Shown one piece after another: positions 15,794 to 21,796 of a DNA stretch of 30,660 bases. Made by a program: the position numbers and the translations under genes. The notes under the pieces are model-generated. The model did not search any database, was not told where the DNA came from, and worked only from the letters and a program-made list of their open reading frames with translations. Origin of the DNA: Planctomycetota bacterium (lineage in GTDB: Bacteria > Planctomycetota > GCA-002687715 > CAIWVZ01); the NCBI GenBank assembly GCA_035626575.1, contig DASPNK010000456.1, forward strand, positions 1-30,660, given 5' to 3'. Every line of letters starts with the position of its first letter. Positions within the stretch are counted from its first letter, which is position 1.

Positions 15794-16221
15794 TGACGAC
15801 GACCTGGGTTCGAGCCGCCGCGGCCGTCGCGGTCCTGAGCTGCGCAGGCTGCGCCTCCGACGCGCCGGGGCTCCGCGAATCGCTGACGCTGTCCGCGCCG
15901 GCGGTCACCTCCGACGGCTGGACCGGGGCGTGGGGGACGACCCGTCGCGTGGAGCTCGCGCCCAGGCTCCACGGCGGCCGGCTCGCCGCGCTCCGGGTCA
16001 CGGCGACCGACGAGCTCGGTCGGCCGGCGGCGTCGGCGCCCGCGGTGGTCGCGCTCGTCGACGGCGGCCGCGCGACGTCGTCGCCAGGCGACGGCGCGAC
16101 GACCGTCGTCACGTTCGATCCGCCGATCGCCGACGGCGCGCCGTTCGCCCTCGACGTGACGGCGGCCGACCCGGCGCCCGAAGCCTGGCGCCTCCGCCTG
16201 GTCCCGGTCGTCGTCTACTGA
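15793..16221 (+). CDS. Hypothetical lipoprotein, 142 aa
   Basis: ATG in a TGATG overlap with the upstream stop; signal peptide with lipobox CAG-C; beta-strand-rich mature part. Confidence 0.6.
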   Translation: MTTTWVRAAAAVAVLSCAGCASDAPGLRESLTLSAPAVTSDGWTGAWGTTRRVELAPRLHGGRLAALRVTATDELGRPAASAPAVVALVDGGRATSSPGDGATTVVTFDPPIADGAPFALDVTAADPAPEAWRLRLVPVVVY

Positions 16222-16979
16222 GCGGCGCCGCCCGGCCTCCGCGGCGGAGCGCCCATGCCGGCCGGCCGGCGCGTGCGCGGCCCGCGCAGCAGCAGGCCGA
16301 GATGCCCGCGCAGCGCCCGCCACACGCGCATCTTCGAGACGCCCGCTTCGCGCCGCCGCAGGGTCGAGGGGATCTCGACGACGCGCTTCCGGCGGCGCAG
16401 CGCGCTGAGGAGCATCTCCGCCGTGGCGTCGAAGCCGTCGCGGGAGGGGAGGCACTCGAGGAACGCCTCGCGGCGCCAGGCGCGGAATCCGCAGGTGAAG
16501 CACGACACGCCGCGGCCGCGCCCGAGCAGCCGCGCCCGGTGCGCGAGGGTCGCGCCCGTCGACAGGAGCCGTCGCCACGGCGCCGTCTCGCCGTAGGTCG
16601 CGCCCGCGCCGAACGGCGTGGCGCCCGCGACGTCGGCGCCCGCCTCGAGGCCGGCGAGCAGCTTCAGCGCGTCCGCCAGCGGGTAGGCGCGATCGGCGTC
16701 GTAGGTGATCACCGCTTCGCCCGCGACGTGCGCGGCGCCTTCGCGCACGGCCTGGCCGATCCCGCCGTTCGGCGTCAGCCCGAGCACCTTGCACGGGAAC
16801 CAGGCCGCGGCGGCGAAGTCGAAGAGCCGATCCGGCGTGCCGTCGACCGACCCGTCGTCGACGAAGACCACCTCGGGGAAATGCGGCTTGAGCAGGGCGG
16901 GGAGGTCGCGCAGCTCCTCGAACAGCGCCGGGAGCGCGTCGATCTCGTTGAAGCAGGGGATCAGCACCGAGACGAACAT
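16215..16979 (-). CDS. Glycosyltransferase family 2 (DPM1/polyprenol-phosphate glycosyltransferase-like), 254 aa
   Basis: C-terminal part of track ORF 16215..19595; ATG 16979 gives MFVSVLIPCFNE, VFVDDGSVDGT, YDAD, CFTCGFRAWRR, EIP..LRRREAGVSKM. Confidence 0.88.
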   Translation of the reverse strand: MFVSVLIPCFNEIDALPALFEELRDLPALLKPHFPEVVFVDDGSVDGTPDRLFDFAAAAWFPCKVLGLTPNGGIGQAVREGAAHVAGEAVITYDADRAYPLADALKLLAGLEAGADVAGATPFGAGATYGETAPWRRLLSTGATLAHRARLLGRGRGVSCFTCGFRAWRREAFLECLPSRDGFDATAEMLLSALRRRKRVVEIPSTLRRREAGVSKMRVWRALRGHLGLLLRGPRTRRPAGMGAPPRRPGGAAQ

Positions 16980-17030
16980 CGGCGGTCGTTGTAGCGCGGG
17001 GGCCGAAGGACGGCTTGGTACCCTCCCGCC

Positions 17031-17870
17031 GTGCCGGCCGAACCGACCGCCCCGCGCTCCGACCTGCGCGCCGCCGTGCGCGCGCTGCTGGCCGACGCCG
17101 ACGCGTTCGGCGTGCTCGGCGACGGCGCGAACCGCCGCCCGGCCGCCGACGTCGCGCGCGCTTCGACGCCCGCGCGCGGATTCGGTCCCGCGCCGACCGC
17201 GCCGACCGCGCCGGTCCCGCCGCCCCATGCCGCCGCCGCCGCCGCGACGCCTGCGACCTCCCCGGTCGCGGATCCCGCGACCGCGCTCGCCGGCCTCGCC
17301 TGCGAGATCGACGCGTGCCGCCGCTGCGCCCTCGGCGGGCAGCGGACGCGGTCGGTGCCTGGGCAAGGCTCGCCTCGCGCCGAGCTGGTGTTCGTCGGCG
17401 AGGCGCCCGGGGCCGACGAAGACCGCGAGGGCCTCGCGTTCGTCGGCGCCGCCGGCGCGCTGCTGACGAAGATGATCGGCGCGATGGGGTTGTCCCGCGA
17501 CGAGGTGTTCATCGCCAACGTCCTCAAGTGCCGCCCGCCGGGCAACCGCGAGCCGGCGCCGGACGAGGTCGCGCAGTGCCGCGGCTACCTCGAGCGACAG
17601 CTCGCCGCGATCCGCCCGAAGGTGATCTGCGCGCTGGGCGCGCACGCGGCGCGATCGCTCCTTCAGACCGAACAGTCCGTCGGCAAACTTCGAGGCCGCG
17701 CGCACCCGGCCTTCGGCGCGCAGGTCGTGGCGACCTATCACCCCGCCTACCTGCTGCGCACGCCCTCGGAAAAGCCGAAGGCGTGGGAGGACCTGAAGCT
17801 CGTCCTGAAGCTGCTCGGCCGCGAGCCGCCGGCGCGCGCGCCCGCGGCGGCGCCGGAGCCCGTCGCTTGA
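17031..17870 (+). CDS. udg: Uracil-DNA glycosylase family 4 (4Fe-4S)
   Basis: CRRC, VFVGEAPGADED..G.AFVG.AG.LL, NVLKCRPPGNREP..C, ATYHPAYLLR. Confidence 0.92.
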   Translation: MPAEPTAPRSDLRAAVRALLADADAFGVLGDGANRRPAADVARASTPARGFGPAPTAPTAPVPPPHAAAAAATPATSPVADPATALAGLACEIDACRRCALGGQRTRSVPGQGSPRAELVFVGEAPGADEDREGLAFVGAAGALLTKMIGAMGLSRDEVFIANVLKCRPPGNREPAPDEVAQCRGYLERQLAAIRPKVICALGAHAARSLLQTEQSVGKLRGRAHPAFGAQVVATYHPAYLLRTPSEKPKAWEDLKLVLKLLGREPPARAPAAAPEPVA

Positions 17871-17896
17871 CGACCGTTCTCGCGGACTCATAGGAT
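17867..17896 (+). promoter_or_regulatory. Sigma70-type promoter for the pilM-like operon
   Basis: TTGACG (17867-17872, overlapping the udg stop), 18 nt, TAGGAT (17891-17896). Confidence 0.55.
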
Positions 17897-17948
17897 GCCG
17901 CGACCTGCGCCGTGCCGCGCCCCCTGACGGGCCGCGGGGAATAGGAAC

Positions 17949-19631
17949 ATGAACCAGCTGCCCGTCTGGGGTATCGACTTGACGGCCGCGAACCTGCGCG
18001 CCGTCCGGCTCTCGCTCGACGCCTCGGGCAAGCCGCGCGCCGACGCCTGGGACGCCATCGATTTCGCCGAGGACGTCGAAGACGTGCGCGGGGTCGGCCG
18101 CTACGACGCGATGTCGAAGGCGGTGAAGCGGTTCCTGAAGCACCAGGACGTCCGCAACGCGCGCACGATCGTCTCCATCCGCGGCGAAACGGCCTTCAAC
18201 CGCACCGTGACGGCGCCCCAGCTCAACGACGAAAGCCTGGACAAGATCCTCGGCTACGAGGCGCAGCAGCAGATCCCGTATCCGCTCGACGACGTCTACT
18301 GGGACCGCCGCGTCGTCGGCCTGAAGGAAGGCGGCGACGTCACCGTCACGCTGTACGCGATCCGGAAGCAGCAGGTCGACGACCGCATCCGGAAGCTGCA
18401 CCTGATGCACCTGCCGGTCGACGCGGTGCAGCTCCGCCCGCTGGCGCTGCAGAACTTCTGCGCCGCCGAACGGCTGCTCGAGCACGGCACGGCGGTGGTC
18501 GATTTCGACTACGCGGGGCTCCAGATCCTCGTCTGCCACGACGACCGCACCTGGTTCCGCTGCCTTCCCACCGGGGCGTGCGACTTCGTCGAGCGGCTCA
18601 AGTCGAAGTTCCGGCTCGACCACGCCTCCGCGGTTCGGCTCGCGACCGGGCAGACGGCGCCGAAACCGTCCCAGGCCGCGGCGTTCGCCGCGCTCCGCGC
18701 CGCCGCCGCCGAAGAGACGGCCGCCGAGGTCGCGGGGCAGATCCGCTACTACCGCGAGCTTCACGACGCGCCGCCGATCACGCGGATCCATCTGTTCGAA
18801 GCCCACGCCGCGTGCCCGCCGCTGGCGGACGCGCTCCGCGCCGCGACCGGCGTCGAGACGCACCGGCCGATGGGCTTCAAGTCGCTCGCCGTCGAAGGCG
18901 AGGTGGTGGCCGTCGGCCTGCAGGACAACTTCGCGGGCCTCGCGCGCGCCGCGGGGCTCGCGCTGCAGGGCGTGGGCAAGGCCGACACCGCGGTCCGGCT
19001 TTATCCGGACACGATCCCGCGCACGTTCAGCCGCCGGAAGGCGGGCTACCTGCCCGCCGCGGCGTGCCTCCTCGTGATGGCCGTCGTCGGCTACTCCCAG
19101 CGCGCCGCGCCGCGCGCCCGCTTCGAGGAATTGAACGTACGGTTCGGCGCGAAGCTCGACGCCGTCCGGCGCGAACCGCGCGACAGGGTCGAGCGCGCGA
19201 AACTCGCCGACGACCCGGTCAAGCCGGTGATCGACCGTTGGACCGCGCGCGCGGGGGCTCGCGAAGGGCGCACGCCCTGGCTCCGCGCGCTGCTCGACGC
19301 GCTGAAGGCGGCCCCCGGCCGCGACGTCGGCGCCGCGCCCTTGCTCGTCGCCTTCGAAACCGGCGACGCGCCGGGCCGCGCCCTGAAGGCCGGCGTCGGG
19401 CGGCTCGTCCTCGCGCACGTCGAGAACGCCGCGCCGGCCGAGGTCGACGCGCGACTCGACGCGTTCGCCGCCTCGCTCGTCGGGAAGGAAGGGCTGAAGT
19501 CCGCGAAGCCCTCCGGCGACGGCTGGTCGGCGGCGGCGCCGCGCTCGGTTCCCGGCGGCGCCGACGACCGCCTGCTCCGCTTCCGCTTCCGTCACCGGGC
19601 CTACGACCTCGCCTGGGAGGACGCCCGATGA
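17949..19631 (+). CDS. PilM-like actin-fold protein fused to a PilN-like TM/periplasmic domain, 560 aa
   Basis: WGIDL, YEAQQQIPYPLDDVYWD, VTLYAIRK, VDAVQLRPLAL.N, GLALQG match the PilM pattern; then VRLYP, a TM helix, a coiled coil and an alpha/beta domain. Confidence 0.75.
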   Translation: MNQLPVWGIDLTAANLRAVRLSLDASGKPRADAWDAIDFAEDVEDVRGVGRYDAMSKAVKRFLKHQDVRNARTIVSIRGETAFNRTVTAPQLNDESLDKILGYEAQQQIPYPLDDVYWDRRVVGLKEGGDVTVTLYAIRKQQVDDRIRKLHLMHLPVDAVQLRPLALQNFCAAERLLEHGTAVVDFDYAGLQILVCHDDRTWFRCLPTGACDFVERLKSKFRLDHASAVRLATGQTAPKPSQAAAFAALRAAAAEETAAEVAGQIRYYRELHDAPPITRIHLFEAHAACPPLADALRAATGVETHRPMGFKSLAVEGEVVAVGLQDNFAGLARAAGLALQGVGKADTAVRLYPDTIPRTFSRRKAGYLPAAACLLVMAVVGYSQRAAPRARFEELNVRFGAKLDAVRREPRDRVERAKLADDPVKPVIDRWTARAGAREGRTPWLRALLDALKAAPGRDVGAAPLLVAFETGDAPGRALKAGVGRLVLAHVENAAPAEVDARLDAFAASLVGKEGLKSAKPSGDGWSAAAPRSVPGGADDRLLRFRFRHRAYDLAWEDAR

Positions 19632-20476
19632 CCGTGCTCAGAAACCCGGCCACGTTCTGGGCCGCGACCGCCGCGCTGGTCGTCGCCGCCGGCGTCACGT
19701 GGTTCATGAAGGTGGTCCCGGAAGAGAGGGCGCTGGAGAGCGCCGCCCGCGAAGCCGAGGCGTTGCGCGCCGAAGCGGCCCGCCTCATGCCGACGGCGTC
19801 GGGGCACGCGTACGCGCAGAGCGTCGAGCAGTTCGCCGTCGCGCGGCGCCGCCTCGCGCAGGACTTCGAGGCCCAGCGGCTGCGCGCCGCGGGCAAGCTC
19901 TCCCAGTGGTTCTCCGAGCTGACGATCCCGGAGGGCGCCGACAAACCCGCGCGCGACGAGTTCCAGCGCGGCTACGCGTTCCACCGCGACAGGCTCGACA
20001 ACGAGATCCGCGATCTGGTGCGCCGCGCGGGAGGCCCGGAGATCCGCGAAGCGGCGATCATGAAGCCCGCGTTCCTGAACGGCCCGCCGCCGAAGGAGGA
20101 CGAGATGCTGCGCTGGCAGCGACTCGCCAACGTCGAACGCTTCCTCCTCGAGGCGGCCGCGCAGCAGGCGGGCTATCCGATGCAGGCGCTCGAGGTCTCC
20201 GAAGAAGCCGCGCCGCTCAACGACCCCGACCCCGGCTATCTCCGCTACCGCGTGCGCGGCCGGTTCGCGACGCCGACCGCGCGCGTCGCGGACCTGCTGA
20301 CGGCCCTCGTGCACGGCGGCGACGAGTACGGCGTGTTGACCCGCCTCGACGGCGCGGCCGTGGAACCCGCAGCGCCGGACGCTCCGAAGGCGGCCGACGC
20401 CGATCCGCCGGTCGCCGTGGCCGTATCGCTCGCGCTCGGATTCCCGACGGCCGTTCCCGGCGGAGCCGCTCGATGA
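19628..20476 (+). CDS. PilO / Amuc_1100-like alignment protein, 282 aa
   Basis: ATGA overlap; N-terminal TM helix, coiled coil, alpha/beta C-terminus (YRVRGRF...LLTAL...LTRLDG); position after pilM/N. Confidence 0.55.
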   Translation: MTVLRNPATFWAATAALVVAAGVTWFMKVVPEERALESAAREAEALRAEAARLMPTASGHAYAQSVEQFAVARRRLAQDFEAQRLRAAGKLSQWFSELTIPEGADKPARDEFQRGYAFHRDRLDNEIRDLVRRAGGPEIREAAIMKPAFLNGPPPKEDEMLRWQRLANVERFLLEAAAQQAGYPMQALEVSEEAAPLNDPDPGYLRYRVRGRFATPTARVADLLTALVHGGDEYGVLTRLDGAAVEPAAPDAPKAADADPPVAVAVSLALGFPTAVPGGAAR

Positions 20477-21522
20477 GGGAAGAACATCTCGAGGTCCGCC
20501 AGAGCCCGCGGCGCGTCGACAACCCGATCCTCGCCAACGTCCACGTCGTCGTGTTCCTCGCCGCGCTGGCGCTGGTCGCGCTGCAGGCGGCCGGCGTGAT
20601 CCTCGCGCCCGCCTACGGGCCGCGCGAGCTGAAAGACGTCGAGGACGCGCACCAGGCGTTCGAAACCGCCGCCAACACCGCGCAGTTCCCGGTGGAGGCG
20701 CGCACCCGCGAAACTTCCGACGAGCTGGCGGCGGTCGCCGCTGCGCTCAAGCCCAAGCCGCCGCCCGCCTCGGCCCCGGTCCGCGGGCTCACGTATCCGC
20801 CCACCTACCTCGAGACCCTGAAGCCCGGCGCGTCGAACGAGATCAAGTTCGCGCCGCCGACGGGCGTACGCGCCTCCGCCGAAGTGGGCGGCGTCGACCT
20901 CGTCTGGGCCGACCCGGCGGGGAACAACGTCGCGATCGGCGAGTTCGAAATCCTGCGCTCGGAGGACGGGGGAGACCTCGTGCCGACCGCGAAGGTCAAG
21001 GGCGACCAGTTCGCCTGGCGGGACGCCTCGGCCGTCCCCGGCAAGGACTACGTCTATCGGGTCCGGGCGGTCACCCGGGAAGGCGCCGTCGGGTCGGCGG
21101 GCGTCGCCCGGTCCGATCTTTCCGACGCAGCCCAGGTCCGCGCCATCGCCGACTTCAAGATCGAACTGGTCGACTTCCTGCCCGACGCGGCGCGCTTCCG
21201 CGTCTCCCGGTGGAGGGACGGCGACTGGCGCACGCGGATCTTCGAGGTCGCGCAGGGGCGGCCGATCGGCGGGCGGGACGAGGCGCTCGGCGTGGATTAC
21301 TCCACCGGGCGCCGCCTGGCGTCGTTCGTCGTCGAGGAGCGCACGGAGCCCGCCTCCCGGGAGGAAGTGGTCTTCGGCCCCGACGCGAAGGTCGTGGTTG
21401 AAGACGGCGCGCCCCGGAAGGTCAAGGTCGTCCGCGACGTGATCGTCCGGAAGGCCGTCGCGACCGTCGACGGCGGCGCGCTGCCGCCGGAGACGCTGAC
21501 GCTCGAGAAACGCCCTCAGTGA
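20473..21522 (+). CDS. Membrane-anchored protein with Pro-rich linker and fibronectin type III domain (PilP slot), 349 aa
   Basis: ATGA overlap; TM at about residues 19-44; KPKPPPASAP; FN3 pattern PPTGVRA..VDLVW..FEILRS..WRD..VPGKDYVYRVRAV. Confidence 0.65.
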   Translation: MREEHLEVRQSPRRVDNPILANVHVVVFLAALALVALQAAGVILAPAYGPRELKDVEDAHQAFETAANTAQFPVEARTRETSDELAAVAAALKPKPPPASAPVRGLTYPPTYLETLKPGASNEIKFAPPTGVRASAEVGGVDLVWADPAGNNVAIGEFEILRSEDGGDLVPTAKVKGDQFAWRDASAVPGKDYVYRVRAVTREGAVGSAGVARSDLSDAAQVRAIADFKIELVDFLPDAARFRVSRWRDGDWRTRIFEVAQGRPIGGRDEALGVDYSTGRRLASFVVEERTEPASREEVVFGPDAKVVVEDGAPRKVKVVRDVIVRKAVATVDGGALPPETLTLEKRPQ

Positions 21523-21552
21523 GCGCGCCGGGGAATCCCGCGCACGTCGAGG

Positions 21553-21580
21553 TTGCGAGGGGAGGCCTCATCCCTATAAT
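21553..21580 (+). promoter_or_regulatory. Sigma70 promoter with perfect -10, upstream of the secretin gene
   Basis: TTGCGA (21553-21558), 16 nt, TATAAT (21575-21580). Confidence 0.7.
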
Positions 21581-21796
21581 CCGGCCTCCCGTTTGGAAGA
21601 AAGACGGACGAGCCGCGCCCGCGAAGACCTCCGGGCGCGCTCGGCGACACGCGCGAGTCGACATTCAATCGTTGGAACGAAGGTCCTGCGCCCGAGGAGA
21701 TCACGTCGCGTCCACCTGCCTGCCGTGGACGGCGTCGATCGGTGCGTCGGACTCGGTCGGGACGAGGCTCCCTTCCGTCATACGCGAGAACCGCTG

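Noticed and set aside
17949-19000. ftsA or mreB
   Set aside because: QQIPYPLDDVYWD, GLALQG, the in-cis PilN-like peptide and TM, and the secretin context point to PilM; no division or mre genes nearby.
21590-21650. c-di-GMP-I riboswitch-like words (GAAAG..GGACG..GCGAAGACCTCCGG) in the secretin leader
   Set aside because: The GGCAAAC P2 start is missing and GGACG is separated from the CCTCCGG part by 9 extra nt; does not fit the consensus by eye. An Infernal run would settle it.
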